Shown here piece after piece: positions 46,135 through 55,808 of a stretch of DNA of 64,000 bases (the first letter of the stretch is position 1; every line of letters begins with the position of its first letter). Made by a program: the position numbers and the translations under genes. This DNA is from Acidilobaceae archaeon (GTDB lineage Archaea > Thermoproteota > Thermoprotei_A > Sulfolobales > Acidilobaceae). The notes under the pieces are model-generated. The model had not been told where the DNA came from. It ran no database searches and was given only the letters and a program-made list of their open reading frames with translations. The stretch covers positions 14,703-78,702 of the forward strand of contig JALUAM010000002.1 of NCBI GenBank assembly GCA_027051095.1, in the 5' to 3' direction.

Positions 46135-46311
46135 GGCCTGCGAGTCCTAGTTAAACTTGATTCTTAGAGGGGCATTCAACCAATACGTTTGATACGTTAA
46201 AATTTCGCCTATCGAGTACCTTTTACTATTCAAAAATATTAATTATATGGTGATTTTTAACTTTCTAAGAGGTGTTTCACGTTACATGTTAGAGGTTAAT
46301 AAGATAGATTC

Positions 46312-46324
46312 TAAACATTGTTTA
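46312..46324. promoter_or_regulatory. Perfect inverted repeat TAAACA-T-TGTTTA, candidate operator upstream of yeeE
   Basis: Palindrome just downstream of a GTTAATAA TATA-like element in an AT-rich divergent intergenic region. Confidence 0.35.
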
Positions 46325-46370
46325 CGGTCAATAGCTTGAGCGGGCTTAGCACTTCTTAGGGGCTGGTAGC

Positions 46371-47558
46371 GTGGGAGGGTATCTAGGCTACCTTTCGTCG
46401 GTGATGGCTTCTGCGCTAAAGAGGCCGATGCCTGAGTGGCTAGCGGGGATCATATTCGGCATAGTGAATATATTGTTCTTCGTGGTGGCTTCTAAGCCGT
46501 TCACAATATACACTGGCATCTACGTCTGGGGCTCTACCATTAGGGATGCTGTCACAGGCTCCATTGAACTCGCCCGGGTCTACCTCGACTTCACCAGTGT
46601 GAGCGACCTCGGCCTGCTCTCCGGAGCGTTCTTCGCGGCACTGATAGCGAGGGAGTTTCATGTTAGGAGGGCGTCTCTGGGCGACTACGCCCACGCAGCT
46701 CTCGGAGGAGTACTCATGGCGCTAGGCGTTGCCCTAGCTTGGGGCTGCAACTGGGGCGGCTTCCTCTCGGCAATAACCGCTCTCAGCCTCCACGGCTACA
46801 CCATGCTTCCAGGCTTAGTGATAGGTGGTTACCTTGGAGCCAAGTATCTTGAGTGGCGGGCTGAGAGAATGCTGAGAGAAGTTGAGTTAGAGCTGGAGGA
46901 GGTTGCTGCTCCCGAGCCGAGGAGGGCGCAGGCGGGGAAGGACGCTGTTTATGGCCTCTTGCTGGCAGCGGTGGCATCCGCTTCGGCCCTGCTAGCCTAC
47001 TATATAGGTGGCGGTAGGCTTCTCGCAGCATTTATGCTGGGATTTGTAGTGGGCTTCGTGATACAGAGGTCTAGGTTCTGCTTTGCCACGGCTTTCAGAG
47101 ACTTGCTGGGAGGCCCCGAAATGGCGAGGTCTATAAGGCTTCAGGTGGGTATAGCGATAGCTATGATTGTAGGGGCTACGGGGGTCGCGCTGCTGAAGTA
47201 CATGGGATTCGTCGACCCGATGGCTTACGTTAAATACGCAGGGCCCTTGAACTTCATAGGAGGAGTGCTCTTCGCCTTCGGTATGGTCATAGCAGGCTCC
47301 TGCGCCTCGGGCATGCTGTGGCGTGTGGGTGAAGGTCATCTCAAAGCGCTAGCAGCTCTTGCTGCCGCCGTAGCAACATACCCGTTCATGAAGGACTATG
47401 TGAGGCCACTCGCGCTCGAGCTAGTGGGAGGCTACAAGGTGCCGCTAACCTCTCTCGGATACGCTGGGGCATTGATACTAGTCTACGCTACAGCCATAGC
47501 ATGGATCGCTCTAGTCTTGTACATAGCTTACAGGAGGGGGGTGAGGGTCTATGGCTAA
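46371..47558 (+). CDS. yeeE: YeeE/YedE (TsuA-type) sulfur-compound transporter
   Basis: Three conserved Cys motifs WGCNWG, SRFCF and GSCASG; duplicated TM halves. Confidence 0.9.
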   Translation: MGGYLGYLSSVMASALKRPMPEWLAGIIFGIVNILFFVVASKPFTIYTGIYVWGSTIRDAVTGSIELARVYLDFTSVSDLGLLSGAFFAALIAREFHVRRASLGDYAHAALGGVLMALGVALAWGCNWGGFLSAITALSLHGYTMLPGLVIGGYLGAKYLEWRAERMLREVELELEEVAAPEPRRAQAGKDAVYGLLLAAVASASALLAYYIGGGRLLAAFMLGFVVGFVIQRSRFCFATAFRDLLGGPEMARSIRLQVGIAIAMIVGATGVALLKYMGFVDPMAYVKYAGPLNFIGGVLFAFGMVIAGSCASGMLWRVGEGHLKALAALAAAVATYPFMKDYVRPLALELVGGYKVPLTSLGYAGALILVYATAIAWIALVLYIAYRRGVRVYG

Positions 47559-47805
47559 GTTCTACAGGAAGGGCGAGAGGACTTACGTGCTAGACGTGAG
47601 AGGCTACACATGCCCCTACCCGGTGATATTCACTAGGAAGGCTCTCGCAAGGGTAGAGCCTGGCAGCACGCTGGAAGTTGTGATCGATAACCCACCCTCA
47701 TGTGAGACCGTGCCCGACGCCGCCAGGAGTGAGGGCCACGAGGTGCTAGGCGTCGAGCAGGTGGGCCAGGGCACCTGGGTGATAAGGATTAGGAAGAGGG
47801 GGTGA
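47551..47805 (+). CDS. TusA/YeeD sulfurtransferase
   Basis: LDVRGYTCPYP motif. Confidence 0.92.
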   Translation: MAKFYRKGERTYVLDVRGYTCPYPVIFTRKALARVEPGSTLEVVIDNPPSCETVPDAARSEGHEVLGVEQVGQGTWVIRIRKRG

Positions 47806-47811
47806 ATCCTT

Positions 47812-49248
47812 ATGGCCGGCGTTAAGGAGATCTTGAAGGAGGCTCGGGATAGAGTAGAGCACTACAAGAAGCTAGGCGTTAACCCGCTGGCACTTGCTAC
47901 AGGGTGCGCCGTGAAAGTCGACCTGGAGAGGGTAGTGTACCCGGCTCTAACTAGGATTAGGTCTGAGCTAGCTGGTTCTAAGCTAGAGATAGCGCCTAGA
48001 GAGGACGCAGACGTGATTAAGACCCCTAAGAGCGGGATAAGGCTTGAAAGGAGGATCTATGAGCTGGAGAAGCCTGAGAGCATGAGAGTAGACGACGTTA
48101 AGGGCTTTGACGGCTCCCACGTGATAGTCCTGATACAGGTCCATCAGAGGTATGCCTTCGACGCCGACAGCTTCTATTCTAGGATTTCACCCTTCTATAG
48201 GCTAATGGCTGAGGCTGGCAGATTTTACATAGGAAAGGGCCACTCGATAGTGACGCCGTTCGAGGGAGACGAGTTTATACTATTTGATTTCGTGGCGCCG
48301 GTCGAAGGGGAGCCTGAGGGGTACACGGCTGTAAACAATGACACAATTCACATAATAGATCCGACTTCAGACCCTGGCGATTACCGGCAGGTGGCAGGCG
48401 CCATTAACAACTCTTTGAACGACCTATACGTAATGGGGGCGACGGAGGACCTAGCCATAGCGCCTGTCATAAACGCGCCGTCCGACGCTGTTAGAGAGAA
48501 GTTAGAAACCAACCTAGCTAGGTACGCCGAGGATGCGGGCGCTAGGCTGCTGAAAGTCGAAAGCCCTAAGAGAGGCAGGCTATTGCTTGGAGCTACGGTC
48601 TCGGCGTTTACAGACAGAGTGCCGCCGACGTTTTATGATAGGGTCAGGAAGGGCGCTAAGCTAATATTGACTAGGCCTATAGGCGAGCTGGCGCCAATTA
48701 ACGTGTTCCTGGCAGCAGTAATGGATGAAAGGGTGGTAGACGACCTAGAGAAGTATGGGATCCCGGGCGACGATCTCCTGGGGGCTAAGGAGGAGGCGTT
48801 TAACACAATAGCTACCTCGAACAGGGAGGCGGGCAGAATCATAGCTAAATATCTGCCTCGCTATGGGGAAGAATTTAGGCCGGACGAGCACATATACGCT
48901 ACGATCGACGTCACGGGGCCCGGGATATACGTGGTCTGGGAGTTAGCTCTCAACGCTAGAACCCATATAAGGCTCTACGAGATACCGCTGCTCTTCCCAG
49001 AGTTCTCCAGGTATGCTACCGACAGGTACTTAATGTTGAATTCCACTGCGGGCACTAACGGTGCTTTCGTGATACTGGCACCTGAGGAGACAGCGACCGA
49101 TATAGTAGATGAGTTAAGGAAGAGCGGCTACCCTGCCAGGATAATAGGAGAAGTCGTAGACGTGGGCGGGCCTAGGGTCGACGCGCCAAAGGTCCTAGCC
49201 GAGTATGTAGCTGATAAGAGGATACTCGACAAGTTCCAGTTGTATTGA
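47812..49248 (+). CDS. SelD-related (crenarchaeal SelD-like) protein
   Basis: GCAVKV (cf. SelD GCGCK), NNDT, NSLNDLY, LILTRPIG, DVTGPG, TNG. Confidence 0.85.
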   Translation: MAGVKEILKEARDRVEHYKKLGVNPLALATGCAVKVDLERVVYPALTRIRSELAGSKLEIAPREDADVIKTPKSGIRLERRIYELEKPESMRVDDVKGFDGSHVIVLIQVHQRYAFDADSFYSRISPFYRLMAEAGRFYIGKGHSIVTPFEGDEFILFDFVAPVEGEPEGYTAVNNDTIHIIDPTSDPGDYRQVAGAINNSLNDLYVMGATEDLAIAPVINAPSDAVREKLETNLARYAEDAGARLLKVESPKRGRLLLGATVSAFTDRVPPTFYDRVRKGAKLILTRPIGELAPINVFLAAVMDERVVDDLEKYGIPGDDLLGAKEEAFNTIATSNREAGRIIAKYLPRYGEEFRPDEHIYATIDVTGPGIYVVWELALNARTHIRLYEIPLLFPEFSRYATDRYLMLNSTAGTNGAFVILAPEETATDIVDELRKSGYPARIIGEVVDVGGPRVDAPKVLAEYVADKRILDKFQLY

Positions 49249-49271
49249 GGCGCCGCTAGAAGGTGAACGGC

Positions 49272-49496
49272 TTGAAGAGGCTTGACCTGAGGGGCGCCGA
49301 ATGCCCCAAACCTCTATACGAGGTGGCTAGGACCCTGAGGGAGGCCGGAAAAGGGGAGACAATAGAGATTATAGTGGACTCGAAGCTGTGCTACGACATG
49401 ATAATGGATTTAGTGAACGCAGTTGGACTCGCAAAGGTGCTGGAGACGACAGAGGGCGAGGTATCCACGATTAAGCTGTTAGTCACGGGGAACTAG
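49272..49496 (+). CDS. Second TusA-like protein
   Basis: LDLRGAECPKP; TTG start after AGGTGA. Confidence 0.85.
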   Translation: MKRLDLRGAECPKPLYEVARTLREAGKGETIEIIVDSKLCYDMIMDLVNAVGLAKVLETTEGEVSTIKLLVTGN

Positions 49497-50883
49497 CTTT
49501 TCCCCGTTCGGCAGGGGCGCAACGCTGAGACAAGTCCAACTCTAGGTTTTTAGCTAGCTCCTCGGCTTTGCTAGGCTCCCTAGCCTCAACCATTATCCTG
49601 ACCACCGGCTCTGTGCCGCTGGGCCTCACTAAAACCCAGAAGCCGTCGCCTATAGCCTTGACTCCGTCGATGGTTATTAGCCTCAGGCCTGCAAGGGCTT
49701 TCTCGGCTTCCCTTACATAGCACTCAGCTTCCTCTCTCGAGCCCACAGGCACCTTCCTCTTAACTGCATAGTATTGTGGCAGCCTGGAGAAAAGGCTGCT
49801 GCTATCGCCTCTCTCTCTGGCCAGCATCTCCAGGAAGAGCGCGGTCTTCATGCCACCGTCCCTTACCAGCTGATGGGCCGGGTGTATGTAGCCTCCATTG
49901 TCCTCGAAGCCTGCTATGCCCGGCTCCCTCTTCATAGCATAGCTTATGTTAACGGCGCCCACGGGAGTCCATACAACTTCGATGCCCGCGGGCTTCAGAA
50001 ACTCCTCCACTAGCACGCTGCTCGAGACAGCGGTATAGACTCTAGGCGGCGCGTTGACAAGACCATGCTCGTGGATGTATAAGGCCAGCAGGGAACCGCT
50101 TCTATCGCCCCAGTGAGCCTTGCCCCCCGAATCGATGATTATTGCTCTGTCGCCGTCAGCATCGTGGCCCACGCCCATGACGGCTTTGGAGGCCGCTACA
50201 AGGCTGGAAGCGTGCTCGAGGCTCTCAGGAGTGGGTTCGGGCTGTCTCCCGGGGAAGCTCGGATCAGGATTGCAGTTCAGTGTTAACGGCCTTGCCCCCA
50301 CGGCTTTTACTATTAGAGGCGTTGTGAGGCTTGTAGCGCCGTTGCCACAGTCTACAACGACCCTGGCCTCAAGCCTCCTTATAGTATCTGAGTCCACGCT
50401 ACCCGCGATCCTAGACACGTAGTAGTCGTTGACTCCGGGCTCACTCGTGGGGGCGCTCGTCAAGCCCCTCCAGTCGGAACCCCCGAATCTCGCCTCAAAG
50501 AATATATCCTCTATGGCCTTCTCGTCTTCCCTGGAAACCTCGATGCCGTCGGGGCCTAGGACCTTGATCCCGTTGAATTCGGGGGGGTTGTGGCTAGCGG
50601 TTATCATAACGCCACCGTCATAGCCGTGGTCTCTAATGTAGAGTTGAAGGGCGGGGGTGGGAGTGATCCCTGCAAGATAGACCTTCACGCCCTCATACAT
50701 TAAGCCCGCGACGACCAATTGCTCTGCGACGTGGCCGCCGGCTCTTGTGTCACGGCCCACTAGGACCCGTGCCCCTCGGCCAAAGTAGGAGCCTATGGCT
50801 CTGGCGAGTCTCAAGAGGAGTTCGGGGGTTAAGGTTGAACCCCAGACACCTCTAACCCCATCGGTGCCGAAGAGCCTCCCCAA
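49483..50883 (-). CDS. Phosphohexomutase (phosphoglucosamine/phosphomannomutase family)
   Basis: FGTDGVRG, TASHNP, DADGDR, RPSGTEP. Confidence 0.93.
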   Translation of the reverse strand: MGRLFGTDGVRGVWGSTLTPELLLRLARAIGSYFGRGARVLVGRDTRAGGHVAEQLVVAGLMYEGVKVYLAGITPTPALQLYIRDHGYDGGVMITASHNPPEFNGIKVLGPDGIEVSREDEKAIEDIFFEARFGGSDWRGLTSAPTSEPGVNDYYVSRIAGSVDSDTIRRLEARVVVDCGNGATSLTTPLIVKAVGARPLTLNCNPDPSFPGRQPEPTPESLEHASSLVAASKAVMGVGHDADGDRAIIIDSGGKAHWGDRSGSLLALYIHEHGLVNAPPRVYTAVSSSVLVEEFLKPAGIEVVWTPVGAVNISYAMKREPGIAGFEDNGGYIHPAHQLVRDGGMKTALFLEMLARERGDSSSLFSRLPQYYAVKRKVPVGSREEAECYVREAEKALAGLRLITIDGVKAIGDGFWVLVRPSGTEPVVRIMVEAREPSKAEELAKNLELDLSQRCAPAERGKASSP

Positions 50884-50939
50884 GAGCCCCCCAGAAGGAG
50901 CCTGTGGAAGCCAGGGGAATTGAATTGAGAGGGTAGGGC

Positions 50940-51656
50940 TTACCTCTTCCTACGGCCTGTCCTCCTTGCCGCGATATGGCCGACCTTCCTGCCTGGCGGC
51001 GTCTCTCTAGCTACAGTAGATGGGTGGCTCCTCCTCTGGTGCCTGCCACCTCCGAAGGGGTGGTCTACGGCGTTCATGGCAACACCTCTAACTCTGGGCC
51101 ACTTCCTCGCCTTCTTCTTCCACTTGTGATACGCGTTACCGGCCTTCATCAAAGGCTTCTCTACTCTCCCCGCCCCCGCGGGTATACCTATTGTGGCTCT
51201 CGACTCGTTGGGGATCATCTTTTCCTTGCCGCTAGGCAGCTTGACGATGGTCTTATCACCGGATCTACCGACTACCAGCGCATAGCTGCCAGCCTGCCTC
51301 GCCAGCTTACCCCCATCCCCAGGCCTTAGCTCTATATTAAATATCATCGTGCCCTCAGGTATCTTGCCGAGGGGCAGTATGTTGCCGGCTTTGGGCTCCG
51401 CGTCCGGCCCTATCTCGATTATCTGGCCGACGTACATGCCCTCAGCGGCGGGCATCAAGAATTCTAGGCCGTTCTCGGTCACCACTTTAGCCAGAGGCAC
51501 ATAACGGCCGGGGTCGTGTAGCAGGTCTACAACCTTAGCCTTAACGGTCTCCTTGGTGAGAGGCGGATACTTTGCGGGGCCCACGTGAATATGGCTCGGG
51601 CTCCGATATGTTGGCGTGCCCTTACCCGCTCTCTGCTGCCTCAGCCTCTTACCCAA
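50940..51656 (-). CDS. rpl2: 50S ribosomal protein L2
   Basis: GKRLRQQR.G, HDPGR, PRVRGVAMN.VDHPFGGG. Confidence 0.97.
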   Translation of the reverse strand: MGKRLRQQRAGKGTPTYRSPSHIHVGPAKYPPLTKETVKAKVVDLLHDPGRYVPLAKVVTENGLEFLMPAAEGMYVGQIIEIGPDAEPKAGNILPLGKIPEGTMIFNIELRPGDGGKLARQAGSYALVVGRSGDKTIVKLPSGKEKMIPNESRATIGIPAGAGRVEKPLMKAGNAYHKWKKKARKWPRVRGVAMNAVDHPFGGGRHQRRSHPSTVARETPPGRKVGHIAARRTGRRKR

Positions 51657-53047
51657 AGCTTACCACCGCCACCCGCTACAGCCTCCGCGCTACCCGGCCT
51701 ATTAAGGTATTCATGGAACTCGAGCACTCTGACTACCTCGCCCTTAGCCGAGCCAACCTTCAGGACGGCTTCACCAGTCTCTAAGTCCTTCAAAGACTCG
51801 AGTAGATCGCTGCTAAGCCCTATACTAGCTGCGGCCTCTAGATAACTTGCTTCTGAGCCGCCGAACACTAGGAAAACCCTCGTGTTAAATAATATGTCTC
51901 GGGGCATGTCTGCCGGCGACTGGGAAGCATATATCATATGTAGGCCTTTACTTCTACCCTCTCTAGCTATCAGCTTGAATAGGTGAGAAGCCGAGCTTAT
52001 CCTCCACGCCTCGTCTACCACTATCACTACTCTCCCTGGAGCTCCGCCGCTAACCACGTGGTCGACGATACTAGAGAGTATCTTGATGGCGATGCTATTC
52101 TTCTCTTCTTCGCTGACGCCGCTTAAGTCAAACACTGTGAGGCCTTGAAGCAGAGGAGAGCCTATGCAGGGACCAGACCTAGCCGCCACCTGAAGGCCCG
52201 GCCTAATTCTGACTACAAGGTCCGCTACAGGCTCTAATAGCTTTGATAGGTCGCCTTTAGGGTCAACGGCTATTATCGAATACGGCCTCTCGGGCACTGT
52301 AGAGAGCTGGGCTGCGAGGCCAGCGAGAAGCACTGTTTTACCTCTGCCCGTGGGGCCGAAGACGCCTACATGAGCTTCAAGGTCGCGGGGCCACGAGAGA
52401 GCAGCTACACCGCCGCTCCTCCTAGACCCCACAATTACCTTAGCCCCCCAGTCGTGTCTCACAGGCGGTGGAAGCCTGTGAGAGCCTCCTATCACGGGCC
52501 TAGCCGAGGATATCATGGGTGCTAGCCCTTCATAGGAGCCCACTCTAACGTTGACGCCCAGCTCTGCCTCCAGAGACCTCTTGACAACATTAAGCTCTGA
52601 GTCGCTGCCCGCAAACACTATAACATGTATGGTAGATGCTATGGCGCTTTGGAGCCTGGCAACTCTAGCGTACACACCTTTAAGAAATTCCAGCCTGGCT
52701 TGATATCTAGGCAACCGCGTGGTGTGGTATTTAAATTCGACGCTTTTAATCTCTTCCTCTAGCATCTTGAGGAGGTGAGACCTATCAACGTTGAAGTATG
52801 TCACTACGACGGCAGAATCAACCCCTATGCTAGCCAGGACCTCCGAGAGCCTTCTTGCCTTGACCTCACTTAGGGCTTCATCGCCCTCGACGAATAAGAC
52901 GTAGGGCTTTACGCTTCTCCCATTTATAGAGAAATCCTCACGGGGACCGCGCACCTTAAGCCTTAGCTTCTCCGAGGACAGGTTCCTGTATATGACCAGC
53001 GCTGATGCCGCCATCAAAACCATTATTAGATAATCTATTACAGCCAT
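51641..53047 (-). CDS. cedB: Ced DNA-import ATPase CedB (HerA/VirB4-like), compact
   Basis: N-terminal TM, GPTGRGKT, DPKGD, VVDEAW, REGRSKG, ASQ; downstream of cedA1-cedA. Confidence 0.8.
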   Translation of the reverse strand: MAVIDYLIMVLMAASALVIYRNLSSEKLRLKVRGPREDFSINGRSVKPYVLFVEGDEALSEVKARRLSEVLASIGVDSAVVVTYFNVDRSHLLKMLEEEIKSVEFKYHTTRLPRYQARLEFLKGVYARVARLQSAIASTIHVIVFAGSDSELNVVKRSLEAELGVNVRVGSYEGLAPMISSARPVIGGSHRLPPPVRHDWGAKVIVGSRRSGGVAALSWPRDLEAHVGVFGPTGRGKTVLLAGLAAQLSTVPERPYSIIAVDPKGDLSKLLEPVADLVVRIRPGLQVAARSGPCIGSPLLQGLTVFDLSGVSEEEKNSIAIKILSSIVDHVVSGGAPGRVVIVVDEAWRISSASHLFKLIAREGRSKGLHMIYASQSPADMPRDILFNTRVFLVFGGSEASYLEAAASIGLSSDLLESLKDLETGEAVLKVGSAKGEVVRVLEFHEYLNRPGSAEAVAGGGGKLWVRG

Positions 53048-53057
53048 GATACTCACC

Positions 53058-54455
53058 TCATTTGAACTTAAGCCTTATCGAGGCCCCGCCTCCCAGAAGC
53101 TTAGCGAAGCTTGTCGTGGCGATGAAAAGTATAGTCAAGTATGCAAATGGCATTGTTATATAATAAATTAGTATTAATTTTATAATGTCTGTGGTTAGGT
53201 AGTCGATGAAGGAGGGAGCCGCCCTCTCGCGGTAATCTTTGAGCCCTGCTCTCAATGCGGACTCTATCGAAGGGCATGAACCCGTCTCGTACTCAACTAT
53301 AACCTCTATGACGCTGTCTTCTAGTGCCTCTAGATAGATGTAACGGCCTATGTGTCCGTTCCACTTCCAGATACCGGTTGCATCGTCAATATCCCCCTCG
53401 AGAACGTTAAAATCTACTCTAACGTTACAGCCCCACCGCCATAGGATCTCGGCGAATTCTCCTTCCCTTAACGGTATGACGGCTCTAGCTTTCTCGTAGT
53501 TTTCTATATACTCTACGTTGAACTCGCTAGGCGCTACCGTCGAGTAGAACATGAGGCTCTCGTGGGGAGTCCATATGATTTCGGGTACTGTCACAGTAAC
53601 GGAGTCTATGAAGTCGAGTTCAGCTAGGTTGATCTCTCTAGGCTCTAAGCTCTTAAACCTAGTGGCCATGTGTACGAACTCTAACCTAACTTTTCCCTCC
53701 ACGGGCACTGCTACCAAGGGGGCCTTCTCGGGCATACTCACAGCCTTGCCCCCGATCACGGGGTATACCGCTATTACCTCGTCGCCAGCGTAAATCCATA
53801 GCTGGCCAGCGGCTACGGGCTCCCCGCTACCCGACACTAAGTCAACGCTTAGAAACTTGTAGTCCAAGCTGAGCTCAAGTTCGCCGGGGTCGCCAACGGC
53901 CTCCAGGAACACAGGCATTAGGGGGAGCCCAGCGTTGAAGATTATAATAAAACTTATCAGCCAGGCTCCTGCGGGCCTAGCTATCCTAAACGGTATGGAA
54001 TACAAGACTAGGCCTACTACCAATATCTGCGAGGAGTACTTGGTGACTAGCTCGGTGAGCACAGTTATCAAGACTATCAGGGCTACTATCGCGTATGCCA
54101 GGTCGCCGGCTATGCCGCCTAAAAGCGATGCTAGAGGCTTTATAAGGCCGAGCCTGTCTGAGAAGTAGTCAGTGAGTATCGATACAGTCTTAAGCGTCAC
54201 AGCGTTTACGAGGGCAGCTTCACTCCACGTTTGAAGTCTATGCCAGGAGCCGCCTGCTAGGCTGCTGACGAGGCTTGCAGCGGCGTAGAGGCCCTTATAT
54301 AAACTTATCAATAGTATGGCTGTGAGCGAGTCGTAGATCAGGGTGGGCGCCCACTTCTTCAACGGTCTGACAGGGATTGGTAGCGCGTAGACCAAGACGC
54401 CTATGTAGAAGGTTAGCACGGCTAGCTTGAAGGCTAAGACTTCCAGCTCGCCCAC
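53058..54455 (-). CDS. cedA: Ced DNA-import membrane protein CedA with large extracellular insertion
   Basis: YIGVLVYALPIP..LKKWAPTLI.D, IPFRIAR..GAWLI; multiple TMs. Confidence 0.82.
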   Translation of the reverse strand: MGELEVLAFKLAVLTFYIGVLVYALPIPVRPLKKWAPTLIYDSLTAILLISLYKGLYAAASLVSSLAGGSWHRLQTWSEAALVNAVTLKTVSILTDYFSDRLGLIKPLASLLGGIAGDLAYAIVALIVLITVLTELVTKYSSQILVVGLVLYSIPFRIARPAGAWLISFIIIFNAGLPLMPVFLEAVGDPGELELSLDYKFLSVDLVSGSGEPVAAGQLWIYAGDEVIAVYPVIGGKAVSMPEKAPLVAVPVEGKVRLEFVHMATRFKSLEPREINLAELDFIDSVTVTVPEIIWTPHESLMFYSTVAPSEFNVEYIENYEKARAVIPLREGEFAEILWRWGCNVRVDFNVLEGDIDDATGIWKWNGHIGRYIYLEALEDSVIEVIVEYETGSCPSIESALRAGLKDYRERAAPSFIDYLTTDIIKLILIYYITMPFAYLTILFIATTSFAKLLGGGASIRLKFK

Positions 54456-54458
54456 AAT

Positions 54459-54716
54459 TCAGCCACCCAGGCCCAAGGCCTGTGTGATGATGTCTGCGAG
54501 CTTCACCACGGCAGCGAACACAGTGGAACCCAGCGCTAGCCAGAATGCAGCCCATATAGCGTCTTCTGCGAGGCTAGTCCCGATCCTTTTAATCTTACTC
54601 GACGGTATCGGCGCGCCTTTTATAGTCCATGCTATAGTCCAGGTTAGAAGGAAGAGCGACCAGGCTAAAGCTATGAGGCGCGAGGTGAGCGAGTCAACTA
54701 GGTCGACTATGTCCAT
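54459..54716 (-). CDS. cedA1: Ced pilin CedA1
   Basis: LAWSLFLLTW.IAW.IKGAPIP..KIKR.G..LAEDAIWAAFWLALGS. Confidence 0.88.
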   Translation of the reverse strand: MDIVDLVDSLTSRLIALAWSLFLLTWTIAWTIKGAPIPSSKIKRIGTSLAEDAIWAAFWLALGSTVFAAVVKLADIITQALGLGG

Positions 54717-54776
54717 AGCTCCCCCTAATTAAGCCTTGCTCATCTAGGCTGGGGGGAGGGCCGGCGTCTGTAATCT

Positions 54777-55706
54777 TCAGCTTCCAACTCTGCTCCGGGC
54801 TTTAGACACGAGCCTAGAAGCCCTTTCAGCTATCTCGCGGTCTCTCTCCTCATATTCATAGTAACCTATAAGGTCGTAGAATTCCTTGCGGGTCATTAGC
54901 TTGTTTAGTATATGCTTCTGGGTCCCCTTCTCCATTATCTCGGCGAGGACCTCCGCCGAGGCCTTCATAGAAGCCCTGAACGTCGTAACGGGAAATATCA
55001 CTATCTTGTACCCGGCCTCCCTGAACTCGTCGACAGTTATGTAGGGGGTTCTCCCGAACTCCGTCATGTTGGCTAGCAACGGCGCCTTCACCCTTTTAGC
55101 GAACTCCTTGAATTCCTCCAGGCTCTCAAGGGCCTCCGGGAATATGACGTCAGCCCCTGCCTCAACGTAGAGGTTGGCCCTCTCTATCGCGGCTTCTAGG
55201 CCTTCAACTCCACGGGCGTCTGTCCGCGCTATGATCACGGTTTCCCTTCTCCTGGCTTCAACCGCGGCTATTATCTTCTTAACCATCTCCTCGGGCGGTA
55301 TGAGCTGCTTACCCTTCAGGTGGCCGCACTTCTTGGGTAGAACCTGGTCCTCTATCTGTATCGCCGCCGCGCCGGCGTCCTCTAGCTCCCTCACGGTCCT
55401 CTCAACGTTTATCGCTTCGCCGAAGCCCGTGTCAGCGTCTACTATAATCGGTATTTTCACGACACGTGTTATATACCTAGTGAAGAGTGCTAGCTCGCTG
55501 AGAGTTATCAAGCCGAGGTCGGGCATAGCTAGGCTGCCAGTCAAGGCTGCTCCTGAAAGGTATGCGGCCTTAAATCCCATCCTCTCTGCTAGAAGTGCGA
55601 CAGCGGCATTGTACACGCCGGGAGCCACTATGATATCCTCTCTTTTAATTAACTCCCTGAGCAGCAGGCCGGGGTCCTCTAGAGGCGCTTTATAGAGGAA
55701 CGCCAT
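54777..55706 (-). CDS. prpB: 2-methylisocitrate lyase
   Basis: YLSGAA, DADTGFG, EDQ..PKKCGH, ARTDA, NMTEFG. Confidence 0.93.
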   Translation of the reverse strand: MAFLYKAPLEDPGLLLRELIKREDIIVAPGVYNAAVALLAERMGFKAAYLSGAALTGSLAMPDLGLITLSELALFTRYITRVVKIPIIVDADTGFGEAINVERTVRELEDAGAAAIQIEDQVLPKKCGHLKGKQLIPPEEMVKKIIAAVEARRRETVIIARTDARGVEGLEAAIERANLYVEAGADVIFPEALESLEEFKEFAKRVKAPLLANMTEFGRTPYITVDEFREAGYKIVIFPVTTFRASMKASAEVLAEIMEKGTQKHILNKLMTRKEFYDLIGYYEYEERDREIAERASRLVSKARSRVGS

Positions 55707-55808
55707 TACAGGGGGCACCGGAAGCTGTGTAATGTAGATGTAAGGGTTAAAGTGTATGCGTTACCGGTAAAGCCCTGCGACGCCGCCTGATACCCTCGGG
55801 TGGAAGGC

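Noticed and set aside
47803-47814. Selenocysteine/TGA read-through (tusA-selD-like, lysX-lysJ and gcvT junctions are in frame)
   Set aside because: The in-frame arrangement follows automatically from a GGTGA RBS containing the stop plus a 6-nt spacer; the TGAs do not align with catalytic Cys positions and no SECIS was recognised
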